A stretch of 64,000 nucleotides of DNA from a virus: IMG/VR virus record IMGVR_UViG_3300033145_000849, positions 64,267 through 128,266 of that record. One strand, written 5' to 3'. Of the stretch, positions 11,301 through 20,956 are shown in pieces (position 1 is the stretch's first letter; every line of letters begins with the position of its first letter). The position numbers were made by a program, and so were the translations under genes. The notes under the pieces were generated by a model. That model saw only the letters and a list, made by a program, of their open reading frames with translations, was not told the DNA's origin and searched no databases.

Positions 11301-13413
11301 GAGGAATGCCAGAGCCTCTGCTTTGCTGAAGTCGTTTGGTGTACCAGTTAATTTGTGCTGGCAATATCTTGTCTTCAGAAATAATAAACTGTCCAACTTT
11401 AATAAAATCCTCTAACTCAATTTGTTGAATAGGATATTCTTGTAGTTGTAGTTGAGGTATGGGCACCTGAACGAAATCGCCTTCCTCTATCTCTCCAGCT
11501 TCTACTTCTTCTACAATCCTTTCGTCTTTAAGGATATGGTATCCATGACTATTCTTTTCTTTCATAACAGGAAGAACATGATTTTCTGTTAGCCCTGTAG
11601 TAAGGTTCCTATCTAGACAAGTAGTAATCTGGACGACTGTACCTTGATGAAACCTCTTATAAATTCCAAGAATTTTGTGTTTCTGGCCATCACTACCAAT
11701 AGCAGTGTCTTCAAGAGAGATGTCTTTAGCTTGTTTTGATTGGCCAAATCCTGTGTAAATCTCATTAGTTGCAACGTTACATCGCCCAAACTCCCACCAT
11801 TTACCTTTCTTGATGGCTACTTGCTGTTGTCCAGAATAGAGTCTTTCAAGCTCATCTGGTCTAGTACTGGGAGTTAATGCTCCAGGAATGAAAGGAGCTA
11901 CTGCAGCAAGACCCAGAGCACCACCAGCTAAAGCTCTAATCTTACCAGGAGTAATATCCCCTAACATTCTAAGGAATCCACCAGTAATGGTTCTTCTTCT
12001 TTGAAGTTTAGATATTCCTCTTGCTACCTTTCCTTGCCATCCACCAAGAGTTTTAGTTGTTTGTTCTTTGATAAGGGCAAGAGTTTTAGCGTCAGCTGCA
12101 CTTTCTAATGCTGGAGATATTTTTTTACCATAGACAGCTTGACGAAAGAATTCTGATTCTGCACTAGCAGCTATAGCAGCTTGGTCACCACTAAGACCAG
12201 CTGTTCTCATCGAAACCTGTCTCATTAATCTACCAGCATAACCAACCCCAACTCCACCTAGAGTACCCATGATAGGGAAGGCTAATAGACGAGACAATTC
12301 AGTACTACCAGGGGCTACTTCTTCTTGTGCTTCTCGATAAGCATGTCCACCTGTTAGTTCAGCTAGCTTAGATATAGCTAATTGGCTTCTGGTCCATAAG
12401 GAACCAAAACCAGCAGTTATTCCTTCTGCAAATATAGTGCTGTCTAGAAGGCTAGATTGGCGCGCTTCATAGTCTAATTGCTGATAGCCTAAAAAAGTAG
12501 CAGACCCTAGTAGTCCTAGTTTTCCAGTTATTTTTGCAACTGTCTTTAAGCCACTAGAGGGAACAACTCCAAAGCGAAGATTTTTAAGGAGAGGAACTTT
12601 TTCAAATATTGATTTAAAAGGTTCAAGTTCAAAAGGAGCTCTAGCTAACTGATTGATTCTTTCAGCTAGAGAAGTACCATATCCAGCTAGAAATCTGCCT
12701 GCTGCCTGAGTTCTACTGTGTCCTCCTGTAAATGAAATGACCTCATCAGCAAGAGTTCCTTGAGCAGTTTGAAATGGAATCCGTTGGTTAAATACTTTTC
12801 CTGCCCATGCTGCTTCTTTAGTTGCAAACTGATGGATAGTCTCTGTAGATAACTTTTCAGATAATGGACCTCCAGCTAATGAACGAGCATATCCAGCTAC
12901 AAATGCTGACATAGCTCCTACTGGAGAACGAACAACACCAGCATGACGTAGAAGAACTTCTCTACCAGTTTTACCGTAGAGGAGTTGTCCAGACTCAAAA
13001 CGAAAGCCGGCTTCCATCATCTTGCTGGCATTCATACTCTTGCCAGTTACTCTGCTTAAATGATCTAACCAACCACGACCTTGACCTGTTGCTCTAATGT
13101 CCCTGATTATGTCTGGGGAAAAATACTTATATTGGAGAGAAGGGGTCTCCAGACTAGACAGCATTTGGCTGACTTGGAAGGTTCTAAACACTCTACCGGG
13201 AGAGTATTCCTCAATACCTCTAGCTATTTGAGAATATAGATCGAAACCTCTATAGCCAGGACGTAGCTGGGCACGGCCAAATAGAGCTAAAGCTCCTATT
13301 CCTGCGCCAAACTTAGCGAATCCAAGAGCTTGTTCTCCTGTAGAATTAGGGACTATCTGAGGACCAGAAGTCCATTCAGAGCTAGAGGTATTGTATTGAT
13401 ACGGATAGGCCAA
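8341..13413 (-). CDS. Large virion protein at the tape-measure position (tape-measure/ejection-type), intein-containing
   Basis: 1690 aa directly after the tail chaperones. N-terminal third is Gly/Ala-rich with hydrophobic segments; contains a 399-aa intein. Confidence 0.55.
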   Translation of the reverse strand: MAYPYQYNTSSSEWTSGPQIVPNSTGEQALGFAKFGAGIGALALFGRAQLRPGYRGFDLYSQIARGIEEYSPGRVFRTFQVSQMLSSLETPSLQYKYFSPDIIRDIRATGQGRGWLDHLSRVTGKSMNASKMMEAGFRFESGQLLYGKTGREVLLRHAGVVRSPVGAMSAFVAGYARSLAGGPLSEKLSTETIHQFATKEAAWAGKVFNQRIPFQTAQGTLADEVISFTGGHSRTQAAGRFLAGYGTSLAERINQLARAPFELEPFKSIFEKVPLLKNLRFGVVPSSGLKTVAKITGKLGLLGSATFLGYQQLDYEARQSSLLDSTIFAEGITAGFGSLWTRSQLAISKLAELTGGHAYREAQEEVAPGSTELSRLLAFPIMGTLGGVGVGYAGRLMRQVSMRTAGLSGDQAAIAASAESEFFRQAVYGKKISPALESAADAKTLALIKEQTTKTLGGWQGKVARGISKLQRRRTITGGFLRMLGDITPGKIRALAGGALGLAAVAPFIPGALTPSTRPDELERLYSGQQQVAIKKGKWWEFGRCNVATNEIYTGFGQSKQAKDISLEDTAIGSDGQKHKILGIYKRFHQGTVVQITTCLDRNLTTGLTENHVLPVMKEKNSHGYHILKDERIVEEVEAGEIEEGDFVQVPIPQLQLQEYPIQQIELEDFIKVGQFIISEDKILPAQINWYTKRLQQSRGSGIPRQIELTHRLGRLFGYFLAEGNLSFKNGLPGMIETVHALDEKWIVDDIKHIVKSLFDIDITVRFKKGKKDTDEGCWIVRICNSLLSRVFFELFYQSDRSNDKEIPWWFLNTSRWFHDALLLGLWRGDGHSDRKRKVLSACRRQFIDFVQTILLSQGIVPTIPKVEKCNYIKKDGKNSYRYRIGWNPDTAGKPGQGYQWKNHKLYTRVIDVKHEYYNDTVYDFEIDHPDHLLQAGTFLVHNSPYEGTRIDRFRPHWYPRMLARAKEKSIYGDGELSPFDRLWKENFTYELEQKHYRERPYPITGTAFEDVPFIGPLLAATIGRLVKPPKLMHVDEWTREGSGGTEVLEMAPRFGQRPAIPELGEEGTGAPISPYGTKGVIGEQIYRMTEMVGLPGFTMTAIKESITGESDTFAQEMQLESARRMYGAERAYWDLELGGGLGTTELIRRLYPHRRRQTPLYNPIRNLMPEWLPGPGERSPDFLHGDPFVKVPEGELRLPGTGYAALHPNLEGVAPENYPDLDRLRILADVAPYTDKYRTALSRVRGAAKRQQLTAEEHTEYKEILSQVSAKKVRKQFSPYKYRDQAVTPVQQLLINANEAAKAESGPGWFERTVGSYWETLAHGSETPLEYLTPVAPASKLVHQRTAVEDYKATQLYGTQSAFWGHPIRDFFKPFIETTKNALGWEGIPEHIEKKRGLEDYFDILKYVKYTRLKRAAQFGEDEGSIKEYEQKRRETLFGINPFTFNFSQLYRSLPRRERDYFTAFSEANMEERSEIMKMVPENEKSLYLARWKLQDASDMREAIDQGLLSEGQVEAAEAEIEGLYREREAEGMPKTKDLWEEYLKTRQPQESYPDWYRRTKLLSEELDGRALPGPDWVGWHPAVDLDDIKLKIVENEGENMYDYDLWPDRQRQADRRPYLPEAAAEASAGMDADEVRKRINEVLTGHNIRTFNVNVTPLHGLPENRIDLNISEDRTQSIKELIRRRGLE
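10585..11781 (-). mobile_element. Intein with LAGLIDADG homing endonuclease
   Basis: WWEFGR|CNVATNE...LTENH...FGYFLAEG...GLWRGDG...VYDFEI...GTFLVHN|SPYEG: C1, terminal HN, S+1. Confidence 0.92.
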
Positions 13414-13422
13414 TCAGAACAC

Positions 13423-14292
13423 CTACTTGGGTTTATCATGTTTCTTCTTCAGTTCTTCCAATAAATCAGCATAGATAACTTGAGCGTCCTCTACCATCTT
13501 AGCGCGATTTATATGTAAGTCTGTAGCTTCATGACTAGAAACACCAAACACGTCGTGTTCTGCCCTCTCTTGTTCAAAGTCAATCTTATGAGTACCTGGG
13601 CCTTCTAATACTGGAGATTTGTCCCACCACTTCTTCTTACCAGAAGGAGTCTTGGGAGCAGATGCAGGAGCAGGTTGGGGAGGTGGTTTTGTAGTTTTTG
13701 CTTTTCTCTGCTGTTCCCATAATTCTCTTGGATCTACGTTTTGTAGTGGTCTTTCAGGCGGAGGCTGTTGTGGTTGTTGTTGCTCGGTTTCGTCAAGGAA
13801 AGAGAGAGGTTCCTTAAGGGCTCCTAATTGGAGTAGCTTGTCTTCTGCCTGAGCTGCTCTAATGAGCACTGTCTCGTATTCCATCTCGTATATTTCTTCT
13901 GGTTTATAAGGGAAAGCCATAGTGATAACTTTGACTAGTTCATGAAGACCACGTACTCCATTTGCAGTTAGAACTTCTCTTGCAAGCTGTAGATCTCTGT
14001 TAAATCTTTCTACATCTTGCGGACCAGAATACTCCCAAATATTCTGAACCACTGTAGTGATAATACCTGCTTTAAAGAAAGGCATTTGGCGAACTACTGC
14101 GTCATCAGTAACACACTGTTTAAAGATTTCGTCTTCAAGTTGAGCAGCAGAAATTAGATTTCTATTGTTGTCTTGATGGTATTGTATATATTTCTTTAGA
14201 GAAAGAGGTTTCCAGGGTACAAAAAGCCCATTAGGAAAAAGAGTTCCTAAAGTAGAACCGTATTCTTTACGGGCTTCATACAGCCGATCCAT
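13423..14292 (-). CDS. Putative tail assembly chaperone (second, longer paralog)
   Basis: N-terminal WKPLS..Y...LEDEIFKQCV...KAG resembles the adjacent 149-aa protein; located downstream of tube genes. Confidence 0.5.
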   Translation of the reverse strand: MDRLYEARKEYGSTLGTLFPNGLFVPWKPLSLKKYIQYHQDNNRNLISAAQLEDEIFKQCVTDDAVVRQMPFFKAGIITTVVQNIWEYSGPQDVERFNRDLQLAREVLTANGVRGLHELVKVITMAFPYKPEEIYEMEYETVLIRAAQAEDKLLQLGALKEPLSFLDETEQQQPQQPPPERPLQNVDPRELWEQQRKAKTTKPPPQPAPASAPKTPSGKKKWWDKSPVLEGPGTHKIDFEQERAEHDVFGVSSHEATDLHINRAKMVEDAQVIYADLLEELKKKHDKPK

Positions 14293-14741
14293 TACAGTTT
14301 AATTACTAATACACTAGCTGCTTGAGGAGATAAGAAGTTGGAATTTTGCATAATCTGTTCGGATAGAGATGGTGCAGTTCCAGCCTTTTTATTTAGATCA
14401 AGAATAGCAGGATACAAAACACATGTATTACAAATTGTCTCTTCAAGTTTAAACTGATCCATTTCTACTTCTGGATTCTGAGACATGGTTTGTATTTTTA
14501 CATACTCCGGACGAGAAAGAGGTCTAAAAATATACATTTCTGTTGGTGAAAATCCAGAGGCAAAGATCTCTCCATACTCTGTTTTCCATAGCTCTCTCTG
14601 TTCTGTTGAAGGAACGTCAGGTAGTTTATCTAAATGTGCAGTAAGTTCCTCTTCTACTTGTTTTTGAGCTGCTTGTTCTTTTTCTTCTTGGACTACTGGA
14701 GCTTTGGGTACCTCAGTAGTTTCTGGTGTTGGTTCGGTCAT
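14292..14741 (-). CDS. Putative tail assembly chaperone
   Basis: Small acidic protein, WKTEYG...FRPLSRPEY...ICNTCVLYP...KAG; synteny. Confidence 0.55.
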   Translation of the reverse strand: MTEPTPETTEVPKAPVVQEEKEQAAQKQVEEELTAHLDKLPDVPSTEQRELWKTEYGEIFASGFSPTEMYIFRPLSRPEYVKIQTMSQNPEVEMDQFKLEETICNTCVLYPAILDLNKKAGTAPSLSEQIMQNSNFLSPQAASVLVIKL

Positions 14742-14754
14742 GAAATTCTCCTAT

Positions 14755-15093
14755 TTAAAATTCTATATTATCCAGTCTTTCATCAAGATCTGTTTTAATT
14801 TTTGGTGGATGTTCAGGGACATAGGGTAGGTTTTTTACTGTTTGAATTTTGCCTACTCCACTGATTTCTATTTTAGTCCTTGCAGGTCCTGCAGAAAAAT
14901 ATTGAGGTGGCGCTGATCCCATTAAATATATTGGATATTTATCTCTAATATTTGATAAACTCATATTACAGTGTTCCATTATGTAATGTGTTTCTTGCAA
15001 CCTACCGTCTTTATGTCTATGACGGATGATTAGTTCGGCTTCATATACTTCGGGATTGTCCATTAACGATTCATATGTTTCTACTAAAGACAT
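14755..15093 (-). CDS. Small protein with tail-tube-like motif
   Basis: YPIYLMGSAPPQYFSAGP resembles the tube protein segment KAPIYTMGSADPRSYSRGK. Confidence 0.4.
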   Translation of the reverse strand: MSLVETYESLMDNPEVYEAELIIRHRHKDGRLQETHYIMEHCNMSLSNIRDKYPIYLMGSAPPQYFSAGPARTKIEISGVGKIQTVKNLPYVPEHPPKIKTDLDERLDNIEF

Positions 15094-15112
15094 TGATTAT
15101 CCTATACTTGCG

Positions 15113-15904
15113 TCAAGCAACACTTCTTGCTATGAATGAATATTCTTCCTGAATTGGTTCACCGTTGATAATAATCCTTTTTCCTTGGCTGGTCAAACGA
15201 ACTCCAATAATTTTTTGTACAGTATGGTTGGCTGCAGCATTGGCATAGTTACCAAAGACTACATACATGTCGAAGTTATCGAATTTATTGTCATCTGTTC
15301 TACGAACCTGAGAGTTTAAACCCTGGTTGTTGATACTCTTGTCCCAAATCTGGTCTTCAAATATCTCTACAATATTCTCAAACATCTTGTCTTTTGGAGA
15401 TTTGACATTAAAAGTAGAGTAACCTGCAAAATCAGTATAGAATTTATAGCGTTCACCAGTAGTAGCTTCTCCCTGGACTAGTCGTTCAATACCTGCCCTA
15501 GAAATTAGTTTTCCGCCACTACCATATTTTGGGCGATCTTGCCATCCTCCCTTGTTATCTTGCCAATTACTTAAAAGAGCATCGTCTCTCTTATCTTGTT
15601 TCTTTTTATCTAGGGTAGCTATTCCAGTTCTTGATTCAATCATATGTTTATAGCGTCTTAAAACAGCCCAGAGGTATCCTTGTTCCTTGTAATTGATAGA
15701 GAAGTTTCCCTGGACAAGAACTTGACCAGTTGTAGTGTCGTCAAAGAGTTGAGAAGCATAACCATAAAGAGGCATCTTCTGTTGTGATGTTTGATATTGA
15801 AGAGACGTAATTTCATCTACCCAAACATCTCCTACGTATAGAAACATTTGGCTACCTGAGTAGTAATCCAGGTCATATATTTCAGTGTGAATTTCTTTAG
15901 GCAA
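15113..15904 (-). CDS. Tail tube paralog / tube initiator-like virion protein
   Basis: YYSGSQ...SLQYQ...KMPLYGYAS...VQGNFSIN and C-terminal IQEEYSFIARS parallel the tube protein. Confidence 0.55.
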   Translation of the reverse strand: MPKEIHTEIYDLDYYSGSQMFLYVGDVWVDEITSLQYQTSQQKMPLYGYASQLFDDTTTGQVLVQGNFSINYKEQGYLWAVLRRYKHMIESRTGIATLDKKKQDKRDDALLSNWQDNKGGWQDRPKYGSGGKLISRAGIERLVQGEATTGERYKFYTDFAGYSTFNVKSPKDKMFENIVEIFEDQIWDKSINNQGLNSQVRRTDDNKFDNFDMYVVFGNYANAAANHTVQKIIGVRLTSQGKRIIINGEPIQEEYSFIARSVA

Positions 15905-15918
15905 TCAGATTGCTCCTA

Positions 15919-16866
15919 TTAGAAAGGGTTCCGCCGTCTACGATAGCGTTCAAATGGACTAAGCCTTTCCTTAACGTCTAGATAGTCATCTTCAAGCAAC
16001 AATGAACTAGCAGATTTTGGTTGCCATTGACTTGTTAACATACTGTTCTGATCTAGTTTTCTTTGCTTTACAAATCTCATAGGATCAAAATCCCTAGCTA
16101 CAAAGGATACAACTTGTTCAGTAATGATATCTTCAATAGACATAGTTTGTCCATCAGCAACAAACTCTACTCCATATATAGTCATTCTAGAAGTACGTCC
16201 ATACTCGTTAGAAAATGAAAGGATAATATCTACAGGTGGTAACTGATCCATAACAGCTGAGGTGATACCTGCATAAGCATCAAAGTCAGAAGCATGTGCT
16301 TCTAGGAATTGATATAATACATGTTCATCGAATACCGTAAAGATAAGGGATCCGGCGATCTCTCTTGGCCCTCTTGTAAATCCTTTTGGATAAACAGACC
16401 CACAAGCCCTAACTGCCTTCTTATCTCTCATGGTAGAAAGAGAAAGAGTCTGGCATTCTGCCAACACCTTAGTAGATAGTTCTGGCAAACCTGCTCTCAG
16501 TCTCTTGACCTTCTCCTGTAGTTCTGGAAGAAGCTCTCTTAATCTAATGATTTGATTACCTAGTTTAATAATAGAAGATGATGCCCTAGAGCCTTCTGGG
16601 GTCCCTAGCTTATAGCCATCTAGAGCTACAAGAAGCCTATCTCTCTCAGCTTCTTGCGAGGCCAACAATGCTTCATTATAAGACATCTCGTCTTCTGTCT
16701 CTTGTATGATTTTTCTACTAGGTTTGCTTTTTCCATAGGTATTGATTACTACCTTAATGTCTGCACCACTATAACTAGTATTGTTGACAAAGACGCTACC
16801 AGCTATTGGAACGAGATTTACTCCGCCTTCTCTATTTGAACGATTGGAATCAGGCATAAATACCAT
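15919..16866 (-). CDS. Tail tube paralog with coiled-coil insertion
   Basis: SYSGADIK...QTLSLS...RGPREIAGSLIFTVFD...PPVDI...NEYG...IYGVEF...MSIEDI matches 17011-17712. Confidence 0.65.
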   Translation of the reverse strand: MVFMPDSNRSNREGGVNLVPIAGSVFVNNTSYSGADIKVVINTYGKSKPSRKIIQETEDEMSYNEALLASQEAERDRLLVALDGYKLGTPEGSRASSSIIKLGNQIIRLRELLPELQEKVKRLRAGLPELSTKVLAECQTLSLSTMRDKKAVRACGSVYPKGFTRGPREIAGSLIFTVFDEHVLYQFLEAHASDFDAYAGITSAVMDQLPPVDIILSFSNEYGRTSRMTIYGVEFVADGQTMSIEDIITEQVVSFVARDFDPMRFVKQRKLDQNSMLTSQWQPKSASSLLLEDDYLDVKERLSPFERYRRRRNPF

Positions 16867-16934
16867 CCTTAGGTACTATAGTTTAGATTATCCTTATCTA
16901 TCATATAGTCAACCTGTAAGAAATCTATAGAAAA

Positions 16935-16975
16935 AATAATGCCACCCTAGAGTAATCGTCCGGAGTGGCATTATT
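16935..16975 (-). terminator. Rho-independent terminator after tail tube gene
   Basis: Inverted repeat aataatgccac/gtggcattatt, followed on the minus strand by a T-run. Confidence 0.6.
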
Positions 16976-17010
16976 AAACAAGTATTTGCTTTAAATATTA
17001 ACTAGTTATC

Positions 17011-17712
17011 TTACGCTCCTAAACTAACCCCACCCTGACTAGCGATCTGTTCTGCAAGCTTACTTGCTACAGGAGTCCATCCAATAATACTTCTAGCCAC
17101 ATAAGTATGTTGCTGTTCAGACACGATGTCATCAATAGACACACCGTAGCCTTCGTTGAGTACTTCGATTCCGAAGATTCTCATAACAGCAAGTGCTCCA
17201 TACTCATTAGCAGCAGCTAACGTAACATCAAACGGAGGAATCTGATCTGTATACCAGGCTCCAGCCAGTTCTTGGTCGCTACCTACACTTGAAATTGGAG
17301 ACTCTTGATTCTGCACAGTATCTGCAGCAGTAACTCCACTTGTAGAATTTAGTGTAGCTTCCAATGATGTACCATCTCTAGTTGCAGTACTAAACTGTGG
17401 ACGAATATCGTCCTTGTCAGACTGGAACTTTAGTCCTTGGTCAGGACTATATCCACCCAATGACGAAAGCATAACATGCCTATCAAACATCACGAATACT
17501 AGTGTTCCGGCAATTCCACGTTTTCCCCTAGAGTAAGAACGAGGATCTGCAGAACCCATAGTATAAATAGGGGCCTTCTCTCGAGTGATGCTATAACTGA
17601 TCGCCTGTAATTCAGCGATAATCTTGTTAGCAAACACACCCTTAATATCGACTCCCGAAAAGCTGTTATAGCTCTGGGCATAAGTTGGTGTAACATTTCC
17701 ATTACTCGGCAT
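17011..17712 (-). CDS. Major tail tube protein
   Basis: 233 aa immediately after the sheath gene; AGGAGAGG RBS; followed by a terminator. Confidence 0.7.
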   Translation of the reverse strand: MPSNGNVTPTYAQSYNSFSGVDIKGVFANKIIAELQAISYSITREKAPIYTMGSADPRSYSRGKRGIAGTLVFVMFDRHVMLSSLGGYSPDQGLKFQSDKDDIRPQFSTATRDGTSLEATLNSTSGVTAADTVQNQESPISSVGSDQELAGAWYTDQIPPFDVTLAAANEYGALAVMRIFGIEVLNEGYGVSIDDIVSEQQHTYVARSIIGWTPVASKLAEQIASQGGVSLGA

Positions 17713-17734
17713 TATTTACCCTCTCCTTATCCTT

Positions 17735-19609
17735 TTATTGGGCCGCCAGAGCGACGTTCACTGTAATCTGCCTTAATTCAAAGGCAGGTACGAGAACTAG
17801 CTCTACAACTGCTTGGCCAAGAACCTGTTGAGTAGGAGTAGAAGAAACGGCCACATCATACCTCTGCAAATATTCACCTTTTTGCAGCTTTACAAGGGCT
17901 TGATCAATAGCAGTTTCTAGAGCAGCCAATCTTGCTCCCGTGATTCCCTCTCCCAAGAAGGGTTCGGCGACATTACGGATCGAATCAATGGTTGCTTTAA
18001 CAATCCTAATCGTAGTTAGGCGTTGATAATCACTATCTGGTCGGGCAGCGGAAGGTGCATCTGCAACTACGTTACCCTTTGTCTTGGCCTGGAACATAAC
18101 ATATCGCAGACCTGCCAATGCGTCTAGTTTGGCATTGTTAATACGGAATGGCAACCTTGCGCCAGGCTGAACCTTATTAGTAGGAGCACTGTTCCCCGGA
18201 AGAGAACTAACAAACCCACCATAAAGTGCAGCACCAGAAGCAGCATAGGAAGTCGGATTAGTTGGATTAGAAGTAACTGCCTGAGCACCAACAACAGAGA
18301 TATATTTACCAATGTCGATCAGGTGATCATTTCTATCTTCCTGATGCGTTCCATCGGGCCATCCATCATCAGTAGCAATGAACCCACCATAAGCTAGGCC
18401 ACTGATACTGTTGATTATAAATGACGGAACTCCAGTTCCACCATTGCCTCTATGTCCTGCCATCCACTTGTTGCCACGCAGACCAGAACCATTAGAGTCT
18501 ACAATAAGATTCCCACCGGAGTCTTCATCATAATCAGGTGTGCGACCGACCCAAGCAGCAACGTCTGCAAGAGACCAGCTATTGGGAGGAAGAACGCCGA
18601 CCATACCAATCATTTCTTCGCTATCTTCAGACTGGGTATAACACCAGTTAGCAAGCTGATAGCCAAAGTTAGCTTCATGGAAATCAGAAGGAGTTAAAGC
18701 TACTGCAAAAGCATCTTCAGTAGCTGAAGCAGAACCAACAGTTGGATAAATCTCTGCGATCCCATCTCTATCTAGATCCCACCAGAAGTACCAAGAACCT
18801 TCATACTCTTGAACAAAAACTTCACCTAGAGCATCAAAGGCAGTACCTGGAATTGGATAAACTGAAGCTGCAGACCAGGGAGGAAGAGTATTAAGAGTAG
18901 CCACTTCAGTAGTGGTCATATCTTTAACATTAGCATCATCCAGATAAGCATTCATCGGAAGTGCAACGTCAATATCCTCATTTTCCAGAAGCTTGTAAGC
19001 CTTGAATAATTCCTCAAACAGAGCCATTCTACTCAGAAGGATTCCATCGGAACCATCGGTATAAGAGGCGCCATTAACACCATCGGAAGCTGCCATCGAA
19101 ATAGGAACAGCAAGAGTACCAATATCCCCAGGAGTACCAACTTGGGCACCGCTTACGGACACTTCATTCTCGTCAATTGCAGCAGTAGGATAAGCTGGAT
19201 TATTATCATAAATCAAAAGATCATCTGAATCTCTCCAAACTCTCAGTCGACCAGTAGAATCTTCCCAGAATATGTTGTAAGCATCGCCCGCTTCTGCATC
19301 TTGGGAAACGGTGGACATTGTAATTCCACCACCAATAAGTTCCAGAGTAGCAAAAGTAGCTCCAATTCTATAAAGCTTAAGGTTTGCAGCTCCACCCGCA
19401 ACGGCCTCATACATACCACGTACAAGAGTACCATCGTTCCGACCAAATTCTTGAGCTGCTTCGGAAACACTACCCACTGTATAGACATCATTAGTACCTC
19501 GTGGAGAGGTTCCAAGGACTATAACAATAGGGTTTTCATTGGTAGCTGTAATTAACAAGTTACCATCAATCTTATTTGGGAAAATCCCAGGCAGATTCTC
19601 AAAAGACAT
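17735..19609 (-). CDS. Tail sheath protein
   Basis: C-terminal LTTIRIV...FLGE...LVLVPAFELRQITVNV is typical of contractile sheaths; 624 aa. Confidence 0.85.
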   Translation of the reverse strand: MSFENLPGIFPNKIDGNLLITATNENPIVIVLGTSPRGTNDVYTVGSVSEAAQEFGRNDGTLVRGMYEAVAGGAANLKLYRIGATFATLELIGGGITMSTVSQDAEAGDAYNIFWEDSTGRLRVWRDSDDLLIYDNNPAYPTAAIDENEVSVSGAQVGTPGDIGTLAVPISMAASDGVNGASYTDGSDGILLSRMALFEELFKAYKLLENEDIDVALPMNAYLDDANVKDMTTTEVATLNTLPPWSAASVYPIPGTAFDALGEVFVQEYEGSWYFWWDLDRDGIAEIYPTVGSASATEDAFAVALTPSDFHEANFGYQLANWCYTQSEDSEEMIGMVGVLPPNSWSLADVAAWVGRTPDYDEDSGGNLIVDSNGSGLRGNKWMAGHRGNGGTGVPSFIINSISGLAYGGFIATDDGWPDGTHQEDRNDHLIDIGKYISVVGAQAVTSNPTNPTSYAASGAALYGGFVSSLPGNSAPTNKVQPGARLPFRINNAKLDALAGLRYVMFQAKTKGNVVADAPSAARPDSDYQRLTTIRIVKATIDSIRNVAEPFLGEGITGARLAALETAIDQALVKLQKGEYLQRYDVAVSSTPTQQVLGQAVVELVLVPAFELRQITVNVALAAQ

Positions 19610-19637
19610 ATAAAGTTGCCTCCCTTATACTTCGTGT

Positions 19638-20354
19638 TTACAGCGCCATATAAACTATAATTTCCTCAAGCTTCTTCTGGCTAACTACACGAAGTTTTTC
19701 TGTTCTTATAAAATAATCTATGGGTCTTCCATAGAGCTTATTGTTTCCAACTTCTCTAACTATCTCTCTTCCTCTTCCTTGGTAAAGCACTCTGTTTACA
19801 CCGCTAATAGCAAAAAACCATGTGTACTCTTCCATTACGTTTTCTAGCCAAAGAGCCCTATCATTAGCAGCTTTATTCGTTCGAGCCCAACAGGTTAAAG
19901 AAAGTGTATTGTCGTAAAAATAACCTAGTATAGCTCTCTTATATCCAGGGTTGGACGGATCTTCTATGGTTTCCCTAAGAAGAGGTCTCAAATTCTTAAC
20001 CGCCCCTCGCCTACTTGGTGAACCCTGTGAATGCATACCAGGGCTCCTCTCTTCTAAACAAATCGAAATAGTCTCTAAATCAATGTTTGTATCTGGATAA
20101 GCATACGTAATGTTTATCTTTGCATCTTTTGAAGCATGTTCTCGTAACTCATAAGACTCTACAGCACTCTTAATTAAGTCCATTGCCTCTATAATATTCT
20201 TTGACGGATTGGGGGTGGTCGTTTTGTTGTTTATAACAGTAGCGTTATTAACTATCGTCATAAACTGAGTTTCTGCTATAACCCTAACCCGTTTCTGTTC
20301 TGTTGTTATCTCGTCATCTAAGATATCTGTTCTCAATAGCGACTCGAAAGACAT
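19638..20354 (-). CDS. Putative tail terminator/neck protein
   Basis: Size and position directly upstream of the sheath gene. Confidence 0.45.
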   Translation of the reverse strand: MSFESLLRTDILDDEITTEQKRVRVIAETQFMTIVNNATVINNKTTTPNPSKNIIEAMDLIKSAVESYELREHASKDAKINITYAYPDTNIDLETISICLEERSPGMHSQGSPSRRGAVKNLRPLLRETIEDPSNPGYKRAILGYFYDNTLSLTCWARTNKAANDRALWLENVMEEYTWFFAISGVNRVLYQGRGREIVREVGNNKLYGRPIDYFIRTEKLRVVSQKKLEEIIVYMAL

Positions 20355-20956
20355 TATAAATCTCCATAAGTAGGTGCGTTTAAATACTTAACTTTCTCAA
20401 GATAAGAAAAAACCTTCCAATATTCGAGCCTTCCACCGTCGCTTCTGTAGTCCCAAGCAGTATTAACTCGATATACAGAGCGTCTTTGCTGAGGCTCTTC
20501 TGGAGTACCGTCCTCTCCCAAGACTAGTTCAATTACCTTATCGTCTTCAGTAATTGACGTGCTATATCTGATATAGAATACTACAAGGGGCACATTTATC
20601 AAGCCCGGCTCCTTTAGAGTATGTCTAGTAGCGTTGTCAACATCAGAATCTTCTAGTGTGCGATAAAGAGTAATCTCTGTTTCATCCCACATATTGCCCT
20701 CTCCAAAACAGATAGGACAGAATCTATCTTTGTCTGGCTCATTAGTAATATTGTCTACACAACCACAGGGAATAAGAGCTCCATCACTGTCTCTTCTCAT
20801 GGCTCTAATTAGACCACTCTGAGCTTTTGCCTCTTCAGGAAAGCTACCGTCTAGAGTATTGATAAACTCCTGACGCATATCTGGCTCTGAGCCCATGGAA
20901 GAACTAGAATAGTAATTGATATTTGAAGAACTATTTCCGTAATAATTAGTAGCCAT
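20354..20956 (-). CDS. Putative head-closure (neck) protein
   Basis: Start reassigned to MATNYY (20956). CGC...CPICFGEG Zn motif as in myophage head-closure proteins; synteny. Confidence 0.5.
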   Translation of the reverse strand: MATNYYGNSSSNINYYSSSSMGSEPDMRQEFINTLDGSFPEEAKAQSGLIRAMRRDSDGALIPCGCVDNITNEPDKDRFCPICFGEGNMWDETEITLYRTLEDSDVDNATRHTLKEPGLINVPLVVFYIRYSTSITEDDKVIELVLGEDGTPEEPQQRRSVYRVNTAWDYRSDGGRLEYWKVFSYLEKVKYLNAPTYGDL

